From contig OY970173.1 in the NCBI GenBank assembly GCA_963707635.1, positions 1,664,001 through 1,728,000 on the forward strand: 64,000 nt of DNA, written 5' to 3'. This DNA is from Candidatus Latescibacterota bacterium. GTDB taxonomy: Bacteria > Krumholzibacteriota > Krumholzibacteriia > WVZY01 > JAKEHA01. This document shows positions 56,106 through 64,000 of this stretch, piece by piece (position 1 is the stretch's first letter; the number at the start of each line of letters is the position of its first letter). The notes below the pieces were generated by a model. That model searched no databases. It was not told the DNA's origin and saw only the letters and a list, made by a program, of their open reading frames with translations. Both the position numbers and the translations under genes were made by a program.

Positions 56106-56699
56106 ATGGAGATTACGGCCGGACTGGTGAAGGGCCTGCGCGAACGAACCGGCGCGGGCATGATGGATTGCAAGAAGGCGCTCGAAGAAGCCGCCGGGGA
56201 TGTCGACAAGGCGATCGACCTCCTGCGCGTGCGCGGCCTCTCGAAGGCGGCGAAGAAGGCGGGCCGCGACACCAGCGAAGGCCTGGTGGTGTCCTACATT
56301 CACCCGGGCAACCGCATCGGCGTGCTGGTGGAAGTCAACTGCGAGACCGACTTCGTGGCGCGCACCGACGAGTTCCAGACGCTCGTGCGCAACCTCGCCA
56401 TGCACATCGCGGCCGCCGCGCCGCTCGGGGTATCGCGCGACGATATCCCCGCCGATCTGGTAGCGAAGGAGCGCGAAGTCTTCAAGGCGCAGGCGCTCGA
56501 GGAGGGCAAGCCCGCGGCGGTGGTGGACAAGATCGTCCAGGGCCGCATCGAGAAGTTCTTCGCCGAAGCCGCGCTGCTCGACCAGATCTACGTCAAGGAC
56601 AACGACAAGAAGGTCGGCGACCTCGTGAGCGAGGCGATCGCGAAACTCGGCGAAAATATAAGAGTCGCCCGTTTCGCCCGTTTCCAGCTGGGATCCTAG
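56106..56699 (+). CDS. tsf: Elongation factor Ts (short form)
   Basis: [26 protein letters not shown]. Confidence 0.97.
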   Translation: MEITAGLVKGLRERTGAGMMDCKKALEEAAGDVDKAIDLLRVRGLSKAAKKAGRDTSEGLVVSYIHPGNRIGVLVEVNCETDFVARTDEFQTLVRNLAMHIAAAAPLGVSRDDIPADLVAKEREVFKAQALEEGKPAAVVDKIVQGRIEKFFAEAALLDQIYVKDNDKKVGDLVSEAIAKLGENIRVARFARFQLGS

Positions 56700-56710
56700 G
56701 AGGCTCGACG

Positions 56711-57424
56711 TTGAGCGGGCTCAAGTTTCGGAGAATCCTGCTCAAGTTCAGTGGTGAGATCCTCGCGCGCGAGGACGGGGGCGGGATCGACTTCGAGAAG
56801 CTCTCCGGCTACTCCCAGCAGATCGCCGAGGTCAAGAAGCTCGGCACCGAGATCGGCCTGGTGATCGGCGGCGGCAACATGGTCCGCGGCAGCGCCTCCA
56901 GCGAGAACGGCATCGACCGCGTGACCGCGGACTACATGGGAATGCTGGCGACGGTGATCAACGCGCTGGCGTTCCAGAGCGCGCTCGAGCGCATCGGGGT
57001 CGACACCCGCGTGCTCACCGCGATCAAGATGGAGCAGCTCGCCGAGCCCTACATCAAGCGCCGCGCGATCCGACACCTGGAGAAGGGGCGGGTCGTGATC
57101 TTCGCCGGCGGCACCGGCAACCCCTACTTCACCACCGACACCGCCGCCGCGCTGCGCGCCATCGAGATCGAAGCCGACGTGGTCATGAAGGGCACCAAGG
57201 TGGACGGCGTCTACGACGGCGACCCTGTCAAGGACCCCAAGGCCAGCCGCTTCGATTCCCTCGCCTATATCGACGTGCTGAACCGGCGCCTGAAGGTGAT
57301 GGACGCGACCGCCATTTCCCTGTGCATGGAGAACCGCTTGCCGATCGTGGTGTTCAAGCTCACGGGCGACAATAACTTGCTTCGCGTCGTGCGGGGCGAG
57401 CCGGTTGGCACCATCGTCTCGTAA
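56711..57424 (+). CDS. pyrH: UMP kinase
   Basis: [30 protein letters not shown] start after AGGAGG. Confidence 0.96.
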   Translation: MSGLKFRRILLKFSGEILAREDGGGIDFEKLSGYSQQIAEVKKLGTEIGLVIGGGNMVRGSASSENGIDRVTADYMGMLATVINALAFQSALERIGVDTRVLTAIKMEQLAEPYIKRRAIRHLEKGRVVIFAGGTGNPYFTTDTAAALRAIEIEADVVMKGTKVDGVYDGDPVKDPKASRFDSLAYIDVLNRRLKVMDATAISLCMENRLPIVVFKLTGDNNLLRVVRGEPVGTIVS

Positions 57425-57435
57425 TGGAGGCAGCG

Positions 57436-57993
57436 ATGCTGGACGAGCTGTACCGGAAGACTGAAGAGCACATGAAGAAGACGCTGGAAATGCTCCTGCA
57501 CGAACTCGGGGGCATCCGAACCGGCAAGGCGAGCCCCGCGCTCCTCGACACCATCAAGGTGAACTACTACGGACAGATGGTGCCCGTGAAGCAGGTCGCC
57601 AACGTGGGCACCCCCGACCCGCGCACGATCACCATCCAGCCATGGGATCGCACCCTCATCCACGAGATCGAAAAGGCCATCCGCATTTCGGACCTCGGGC
57701 TCAACCCCCAGAACGACGGAGGCTTGATCCGGCTGCCGATCCCGCCCCTGACCGAAGAGCGCCGCCGCGACCTGGTCAAGGTCGTCAAGCGCATCGGCGA
57801 GGACTCCAAGGTCGCGGTGCGCAACGTCCGCCGCGACGCCAACGAACGGGTCAAGAAGCTCCAGAAGGACCACCAGCTATCCGAAGACGAAACGCACCAC
57901 AAACAGGACGAGATCCAGAAGCTGACCGACGCCTACATCAAGAAGGTGGATGAGGCGATCGGCGCGAAGGAGAAAGAAGTCCTGGAGCTGTAG
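57436..57993 (+). CDS. frr: Ribosome recycling factor
   Basis: IRTGKASP, PPLTEERR, VRNVRRD. Confidence 0.97.
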   Translation: MLDELYRKTEEHMKKTLEMLLHELGGIRTGKASPALLDTIKVNYYGQMVPVKQVANVGTPDPRTITIQPWDRTLIHEIEKAIRISDLGLNPQNDGGLIRLPIPPLTEERRRDLVKVVKRIGEDSKVAVRNVRRDANERVKKLQKDHQLSEDETHHKQDEIQKLTDAYIKKVDEAIGAKEKEVLEL

Positions 57994-58063
57994 CGCCTCG
58001 CGGCGGTCGTCGGCGTTGCCGGATCCGCCGCGGTGCGACGCCACCCAGACAGCGGTTGCGGGC

Positions 58064-58810
58064 ATGAGCAAGGATATCGACGCGCAGATCCGCGAGCTCA
58101 AGGCCACCCGGAACCTTCCCCGACACATCGCCATCATCATGGACGGCAACGGTCGCTGGGCGAAGAAGCGCCGGCTGCCCCGTATCGCCGGACACCGCGC
58201 CGGCACCGAGCCGGTTCGCGTCTGCGTGCGGACCTGCGCCCGCCTCGGCGTCGAGTATTTGACCCTGTACACGTTTTCCGCCGAAAACTGGAATCGCCCG
58301 AAGGCGGAGGTGGTGGGTCTGATGCGCGTGCTCGAGGAAGTCTTGCGCAAAGAGGTGGCGGAGCTCGACAAGAACGGCGTGCGTCTCAACGCGATCGGGC
58401 GGCTGGACATGCTCCCGGCCGCCGCGCGCCGCACCCTCGACTCGACCCGGCGGAAACTCGCCGACAACACCGGACTGGTGTTGACGCTCGCGTTGAGCTA
58501 CGGGGGCCGCGTCGAAATCCTCGACGCGTGCCGCAGGCTCGCCGAACGAGTCGCGGCGGGCGAGCTCGCGCCCGACGCCATCGACGAGGCGTCGTTTCAC
58601 GACGCGCTCTACGACCCCGCGCTCCCCGACCCCGACCTCTTGATCCGCACCAGCGGCGAGCTGCGCATCTCCAACTTCCTCCTCTGGCAGATCGCGTATA
58701 GCGAGATCTGGGTGACAGACGTGCTCTGGCCCGACTTCACCGCGCTGGACCTGCTGGAAGCGGTCCGCGCCTTCCAGAAACGCAACCGCCGCTACGGAAT
58801 CCACGAGTGA
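58064..58810 (+). CDS. uppS: Undecaprenyl diphosphate synthase
   Basis: HIAIIMDGNGRWA, FSAENW, RTSGELRISNFLLWQ. Confidence 0.97.
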   Translation: MSKDIDAQIRELKATRNLPRHIAIIMDGNGRWAKKRRLPRIAGHRAGTEPVRVCVRTCARLGVEYLTLYTFSAENWNRPKAEVVGLMRVLEEVLRKEVAELDKNGVRLNAIGRLDMLPAAARRTLDSTRRKLADNTGLVLTLALSYGGRVEILDACRRLAERVAAGELAPDAIDEASFHDALYDPALPDPDLLIRTSGELRISNFLLWQIAYSEIWVTDVLWPDFTALDLLEAVRAFQKRNRRYGIHE

Positions 58811-59685
58811 CGCCCGAGCGCATGACGCACGCCACCCACACACCCGTCGCCTGGTACCGGCGCTCGATCGTCCCGCGCGTCATGACCGGCGTTGTGTTCA
58901 TTCCCGCCTTCGCGTGGGTCACCCTCGCGGGCGGCTACTGGTTCCTGGGGTTCGTCGGCCTGGTGATCCTGATCGGAATGCTCGAGTTCTACCGCATGAT
59001 GCGGGAGAAGGGGATGCACCCGTACCGCGGCATCGGGGTCGTCTCGGGGCTCACCCTTGCCACCTACATGTACTTCCGCAGCGGACTGTATGGAAACTTC
59101 TTCCTCACCTTCGTGGTGATCGCCATCATGGGGCTGGAGCTCACCCGCCGAGACAACCGCATGGCGGTCTACCACGTGTCCACCACCGTGTTCGGCGTGG
59201 TGTACGTCGGGTACCTGGCCTCGCACCTGATCCTGCTGCGCGAGCTGCCGCTCCAGATCGGGCGCGACTACCGTCTGGGTGCGTCGTTTGTTTTCCTGGT
59301 TTTCACGGTGACGTGGGCCGCGGACACGGGTGCCTACGCGGTGGGGAGCTTGTTTGGGCGCCGTCCACTCCTGCCGCGAGTGTCGGAGAAGAAGACGTGG
59401 GAAGGCGCGGTCGGCGGGGTGGCGTTCGGGGCGCTGGCCGGGTGGGTCGCGTCGCGGACCTTCGCCGGCTACCTGGCCCCGTGGCAGGGGCCCGCGCTGG
59501 GCGCGCTCGCGGCCGTGGTGGGCCTGCTCGGCGACCTCTTCGAGTCGCTGCTCAAGCGCGACGCCGAGTTGAAGGACACCTCGCGTGTGATCCCGGGGCA
59601 CGGCGGCGTGCTGGATCGATTTGACAGTTTACTCTTCACCGCCCCTCTCATATACTACCTGCTCAAGTTCGTGATTTTCCAATGA
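58807..59685 (+). CDS. cdsA: Phosphatidate cytidylyltransferase
   Basis: DTGAY, KKTWEG, GDLFESLLKR, PGHGGVLDRFDS. Confidence 0.96.
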   Translation: MTPERMTHATHTPVAWYRRSIVPRVMTGVVFIPAFAWVTLAGGYWFLGFVGLVILIGMLEFYRMMREKGMHPYRGIGVVSGLTLATYMYFRSGLYGNFFLTFVVIAIMGLELTRRDNRMAVYHVSTTVFGVVYVGYLASHLILLRELPLQIGRDYRLGASFVFLVFTVTWAADTGAYAVGSLFGRRPLLPRVSEKKTWEGAVGGVAFGALAGWVASRTFAGYLAPWQGPALGALAAVVGLLGDLFESLLKRDAELKDTSRVIPGHGGVLDRFDSLLFTAPLIYYLLKFVIFQ

Positions 59686-59716
59686 GTTACACGCACATGC
59701 CCGAACTTTTCCGCCT

Positions 59717-60886
59717 ATGAAGCGAGTGGTCGTCCTCGGATCGACCGGCTCGATCGGTCGCAACGTGCTCGACGTCGTCCGTCGCCACCCTGGTGAGTTC
59801 GAGGTGGTCGGGCTGGCGGCGCATCGCAACGTCGGTGTCCTCCAGGCCCAGTGCGCCGATCATCCGCGCGCGCGCTTCGTGGTGACCGACCCCGCGTGCC
59901 GCGTGGAGGTGGACGCGAATGCCGCCTGGCGGGCCCGCTGCGCCGGCTTCGGCCCCGAGGCGCTCGCCGGCATCGCCTGCGACGGCAAGCCGGACCTGGT
60001 CGTCAACGCGCTGGTCGGATTCGTCGGCCTCGCACCCACGCTGGCCGCGCTCTCCGCCGGTATTCCGGTGGCGATCGCCAACAAGGAGTCCATCGTCGCG
60101 GGCGGCGAGGTGCTGCTCAACGCGGCGCGCGCCTCCGGCGCCGAGCTGGTTCCGATCGACAGCGAGCACGTCGCCATCGCGCAGTGCCTGGCGGGCAGCC
60201 GGGTGGAGGACGTGGAGAAGGTGATCCTCACCGCCTCGGGCGGGTCGCTCCGCGACCGCAGCGCCGACGACCTGGAGCGCGCAACCGTGGACGAAGTCCT
60301 CGCGCACCCGACGTGGAGCATGGGGGCCAAAATCACGGTGGACAGCGCCACCCTCATGAACAAGGGGCTCGAGGTCATCGAGGCCCACTGGCTCTTCGGC
60401 CTCCCCTACCCGAAGATCGAGGTTGTGATCCACCCGCAGTCGATCGTGCACTCGGTGGTGCAGTTCGTCGACGGCGCGATGCTCGCGCAGATGGGGAAGC
60501 CCGACATGCGCCTCCCGATCCTCTACGCGCTCTCGCACCCGCGCCGGCTACGCTCCGACCTGGGCGCGAGTCTGCTCGAGTTTCCGACCCTTTCGTTCGC
60601 CCCGATCGACGAGCAGCGCTACCCGTGCTTCCGGCTGGCGCTGGCCGCGGCGCGGGTCGGGGGGACCGCCCCGACGGTACTGAGCGCGGCCAACGAGGTC
60701 GCGGTGTCGGCGTTTCTGGGGCGCCGGCTCTCCTTCGGCGGAATCGCCGACATGATCGCCGCCGCGCTGGAGGCGGTCCCGCCGCGTCCGGCGACGGGGA
60801 TCGAAGACATCATCGACGCGGACCGCGCCACGCGCGCCTGGATCCGCGACCACTACGCCACCACCACGACCGGCGACAGCCGTTAG
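59717..60886 (+). CDS. dxr: 1-deoxy-D-xylulose-5-phosphate reductoisomerase
   Basis: LGSTGSIG, ANKES, PIDSEH, HPTWSMG.KITVDSAT. Confidence 0.97.
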   Translation: MKRVVVLGSTGSIGRNVLDVVRRHPGEFEVVGLAAHRNVGVLQAQCADHPRARFVVTDPACRVEVDANAAWRARCAGFGPEALAGIACDGKPDLVVNALVGFVGLAPTLAALSAGIPVAIANKESIVAGGEVLLNAARASGAELVPIDSEHVAIAQCLAGSRVEDVEKVILTASGGSLRDRSADDLERATVDEVLAHPTWSMGAKITVDSATLMNKGLEVIEAHWLFGLPYPKIEVVIHPQSIVHSVVQFVDGAMLAQMGKPDMRLPILYALSHPRRLRSDLGASLLEFPTLSFAPIDEQRYPCFRLALAAARVGGTAPTVLSAANEVAVSAFLGRRLSFGGIADMIAAALEAVPPRPATGIEDIIDADRATRAWIRDHYATTTTGDSR

Positions 60887-60899
60887 CGACGAGGAGTTC

Positions 60900-62282
60900 A
60901 TGCTGACCACTATCATTGCGGGCGCGTTCGTTCTGGGTGTCGTCGTCGTCGTGCATGAATTCGGTCACTTCATCGTCGCCAAACTGGCGGGCGTCTATGT
61001 GAAGACGTTCTCGATCGGTTTCGGCAAGAAACTCCTGCGGCACCGCTCGGGCGAGACGCTCTACGCGCTCTCGGCGCTCCCTTTCGGCGGGTACGTGAAG
61101 TTCGCCGGGGAGTCGGATCTGACCGGCGAGCCCGCGCCCGAAAGCGCCGCGCCGCGCGGCCCGCTCGACGAGGTCCCCGACCGCGAGATACCGCGCTCGC
61201 GCTACTTCACGACCCAGAGCAAGTGGATTCGCGCCGCCGTCCTGTTCGCGGGGCCGTTCATGAACTATGTGCTCGCGGTGATTCTCTACGTCGGCGTGTT
61301 TCTCGTGCAGGGCGAACACTTCATTCCCACCACCTGCGTGGGAGAGGTGGTCGCGGAGGGTCCGGCCGCCCGGGCCGGGATCGCGCCGGGCGACACCGTC
61401 GTGTCGATCGCGGGGGAACCGGTGAGCGACTGGTACGACGTCACCACCCTCCTCTTGCGCGACCCGAAAGACAAGAAGGAGATTCGCATCCGCCGCGACG
61501 GTGAGGAGCACGACCTGTCGTTCCAGGCCGGGATGGAGGGCCGGGAGGTCGAGCTCGGGCTGTTTCCGTACGTGTCCGCGCGCATCGGGCGCGTTCAAAA
61601 AGGCAAGCCGGCGTACCGGGCCGGCATCACGCCGGGCTCCGTGATCGAGGCGATAGGCGACACGGCGGTGACCTCGTACGACGACGTGCGCCGCATCATC
61701 AACGCCAACCCGAACCGGTCGTTGTACGTGCGCTGGTCGAGCGACGGGCTGGCACACGCCGACACGGTCATTCCGGAAGCGCGCGAGTTTCTCAAGGCCG
61801 GTTCGACCAGCGAATTCGAGACGGTGGGGGTGATCGGCATTTTTCCGTATTCCGAACGCCGCCGCCAGGGGCTCGGCGCGGCGCTCGTCAGCGGGTTCGA
61901 GACCGCCAACGGCATGATCGCCCAGATTCTCAGCTATCTCGGCCAGCTCGTGACCGGGAGGGTGGGGGTGAAGACGCTCGGGGGTCCCATCCTGATCACG
62001 CAGATGGCCGGCGACGTCGCCCGGGTCGGGTTCGATTACCTGCTTCTGTTTCTCGCGTTCTTCAATATCAACCTGTGCGTGTTCAACCTGATCCCGATCC
62101 TGCCATTCGACGGCGGTCACCTCGCCATGCTGGCGTACGAGGGAATCGCGCGGCGGCCCGTCAATCGGCGCCTGCGCGACTGGCTGACGCAAGGCGGCTT
62201 CGTGCTGATCATCCTGCTGATGGCGTTCGTGCTGGTGCTCGACTTGACTCGGTGCTCGGGGTCAACGCCCGGTGGGTTCTGA
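60900..62282 (+). CDS. rseP: RIP metalloprotease RseP with two PDZ domains
   Basis: HEFGH, AGPFMN, NLIPILPFDGG. Confidence 0.95.
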   Translation: MLTTIIAGAFVLGVVVVVHEFGHFIVAKLAGVYVKTFSIGFGKKLLRHRSGETLYALSALPFGGYVKFAGESDLTGEPAPESAAPRGPLDEVPDREIPRSRYFTTQSKWIRAAVLFAGPFMNYVLAVILYVGVFLVQGEHFIPTTCVGEVVAEGPAARAGIAPGDTVVSIAGEPVSDWYDVTTLLLRDPKDKKEIRIRRDGEEHDLSFQAGMEGREVELGLFPYVSARIGRVQKGKPAYRAGITPGSVIEAIGDTAVTSYDDVRRIINANPNRSLYVRWSSDGLAHADTVIPEAREFLKAGSTSEFETVGVIGIFPYSERRRQGLGAALVSGFETANGMIAQILSYLGQLVTGRVGVKTLGGPILITQMAGDVARVGFDYLLLFLAFFNINLCVFNLIPILPFDGGHLAMLAYEGIARRPVNRRLRDWLTQGGFVLIILLMAFVLVLDLTRCSGSTPGGF

Positions 62283-62603
62283 TGTCTCCGTCGAGTCCGG
62301 CGACCCCGTCAGCCGGCGTTCGATGTTCTCGAACACGAAGACCCACCGCTCCGGCCTGGCGTTGAGGCTGGCCACGGTTCGGGCGACGCGCAGCGTGTCG
62401 ACGTCGCCCGCGAGTTCGGCGAGCAGGCTGTCCCCGACGGCCCGTTGGGTGGTGAAGATCGCACCCGCCCGCCGGACGCGCACGTACGCATCGACGAGGT
62501 AGAGCTCGTCCGGAGAGAGCGAGGAAGGCGGGGGTTGCTTCTCCGCGCCGCAGGAGAGAATCAACGCGATGAGGGCTCCCTCAATAACGATCCAGCGGCG
62601 CAT
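62262..62603 (-). CDS. Hypothetical lipoprotein
   Basis: MRRWIVIEGALIALILSC lipobox-like signal; about 113 aa. Confidence 0.6.
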   Translation of the reverse strand: MRRWIVIEGALIALILSCGAEKQPPPSSLSPDELYLVDAYVRVRRAGAIFTTQRAVGDSLLAELAGDVDTLRVARTVASLNARPERWVFVFENIERRLTGSPDSTETSEPTGR

Positions 62604-62688
62604 GCGGGGGATGATGGGTCGTACACTCCTGGTCCTGGCCGCACCGGGGCCGATCGATGGATACACCCGGCGCGCACGCGGTGTCAAG

Positions 62689-64000
62689 GTGCGCGCTCCC
62701 TGGCTGGCGGTCGTCGTCGGACTGGCGTGGTCGGTGATCGGCGCTGCCGCCGTTCTCGCGCAGGAACCCGTCGACTCGTCGGTGTTCTTAAACCGCGTCA
62801 TCCTGGTCGGCAACGCCTCCGTGTCGACCGGCGAGTTGCGCGCCCGCATGCGCACGAGAGAACCCTCGAGCCTCAACTTCCTCCGCCGGCCCAGGCTCGA
62901 CCGCCCGCAGATCGATCGCGACATCGCGCAGCTGCAGGCGTACTACCACGCGATCGGCTATCCGGACGCGACCGTGCGGCTCGAGCGAATCGACTACCTC
63001 CAAGACAACCGCTTCGCGGACGTGGTGATCCGGATCGTCGAGGGGGAGGCCATCCGCGTGCGCGAAGTCCTGTTCAAAGGCCACTACCTGATCGACGACA
63101 AGGAGCTGCGGGAGGGACTCCTGCTCAAGCCCGGGGCCGCCTACAACTCGTCGCTCCTGTCCACCGACGTCTATCGCATCAAGGGGAAGTACTTCGACCG
63201 CGGGTACTTCGGGGTGACCGTGCAGGACTCCATCCGCGTCGACCAGCGCCAGGTCACGATCCGTTTTACCATCGACGCCGGACCGCAGCTCCGGGTCGGC
63301 AAGGTCGCGATCGAGGGAAACAAGCTGGTGAAGCTCGGCGTCCTCGAGGGCGAGGTGACCTTCGAGTCCGGCGAGGTATGCCGGTACGGGGAGCTGATCA
63401 AGACCCAGCGCAACCTGTTCGAGACCGGGTTGTTCACACAAGTGGACGTGCTGCCGGAGAACCTCGACGTCGCGGCGCAGACGGTCGACGTACGCATCAA
63501 GGTCCGCGAACGCAAAAGCTCGTGGGTGGAGGTGGGCTTCGGCGTGGGCAGCGTGCTCGGCAGCCGGGTGTTCGGGGAATGGGGCACGCGCAATTTCCTC
63601 GGCACCGGGCGCACCGTGCGCTTCAAGGCCCAGTACGCCTTCGATCTCTTCGAGGGGGACGAGTTCGACGTGAACCAGTTCCGCGTCGCCACCACCTTCT
63701 ACCGCTACGACGCAGTCTACAGCCAGCGACGGCTGTTCGGCATCAAGATGGGATTCGGGGTCAACGCGTACCTGGAGAACGATGCCACCGTCCCGGACAT
63801 CGAGGTGAAGACGCTCGGAACCGCCGTGGGGGTAACGCACGAGTTCAGCGAGTTCACCAAGGCCATTGCCACGTTTTCGGTCGAGAACATCCGCCGGCGG
63901 GAATACACGCTGCCGGAAGTGAATTCGACTTCGCATATCCTGGGGAGCGCCCTGAGCCGGGACACGCGCGACTTCATCCTGAACCCGCGCAGCGGCGAGT
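62689..64000 (+). CDS. BamA/TamA family outer membrane protein (partial, runs off the window)
   Basis: Manual translation: signal peptide WLAVVVGLAWSVIGAAAVLA-QEP, POTRA repeats (GN..VS..EL, YYHAIGY, YFDRGY, LFETGLF), RNFLGTG and RDTRDFILNPRSG. Start could be 62611 instead. Confidence 0.88.
   Translation, partial: MRAPWLAVVVGLAWSVIGAAAVLAQEPVDSSVFLNRVILVGNASVSTGELRARMRTREPSSLNFLRRPRLDRPQIDRDIAQLQAYYHAIGYPDATVRLERIDYLQDNRFADVVIRIVEGEAIRVREVLFKGHYLIDDKELREGLLLKPGAAYNSSLLSTDVYRIKGKYFDRGYFGVTVQDSIRVDQRQVTIRFTIDAGPQLRVGKVAIEGNKLVKLGVLEGEVTFESGEVCRYGELIKTQRNLFETGLFTQVDVLPENLDVAAQTVDVRIKVRERKSSWVEVGFGVGSVLGSRVFGEWGTRNFLGTGRTVRFKAQYAFDLFEGDEFDVNQFRVATTFYRYDAVYSQRRLFGIKMGFGVNAYLENDATVPDIEVKTLGTAVGVTHEFSEFTKAIATFSVENIRRREYTLPEVNSTSHILGSALSRDTRDFILNPRSGE

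Overview
High-GC bacterial chromosomal window, mostly housekeeping genes on the + strand. Gene content suggests a diderm, possibly an FCB-related candidate lineage (inference only). In order: tRNA-Asn with an internal duplication; a small GMC-oxidoreductase/epimerase module; tRNA-Sec; lepA-lepB-hemW-hrcA-grpE-dnaK-dnaJ-rsmE; yqeY-cvpA-mutS2-dnaG-rpoD; a split tRNA(CAU); a Zn-ribbon gene, RNase HI, rnpB, recJ-dtd-maf-mtnA; small enzymes; glpD; thyX; lpoB; a respiratory supercluster (SCO-coxI-III-IV-II-ctaB, a membrane cytochrome c and alternative complex III actABCDF); rplM-rpsI-rpsB-tsf-pyrH-frr-uppS-cdsA-dxr-rseP; and a BamA-like gene running off the end. The standout is the tRNA-Ile2(CAU) gene after rpoD. 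It is interrupted after U33 by a 604-nt group I intron whose P1 loop carries an antisense, apparently leaderless, Zn-finger HNH endonuclease gene with its own promoter. Other points: a 66-67 bp structured repeat present twice, a long hairpin upstream of the heat-shock operon, a minimal SerK-like kinase, a Rex/CRP-like operator on the oxidase-ACIII operon, and five single-base frameshifts that probably reflect sequencing error.
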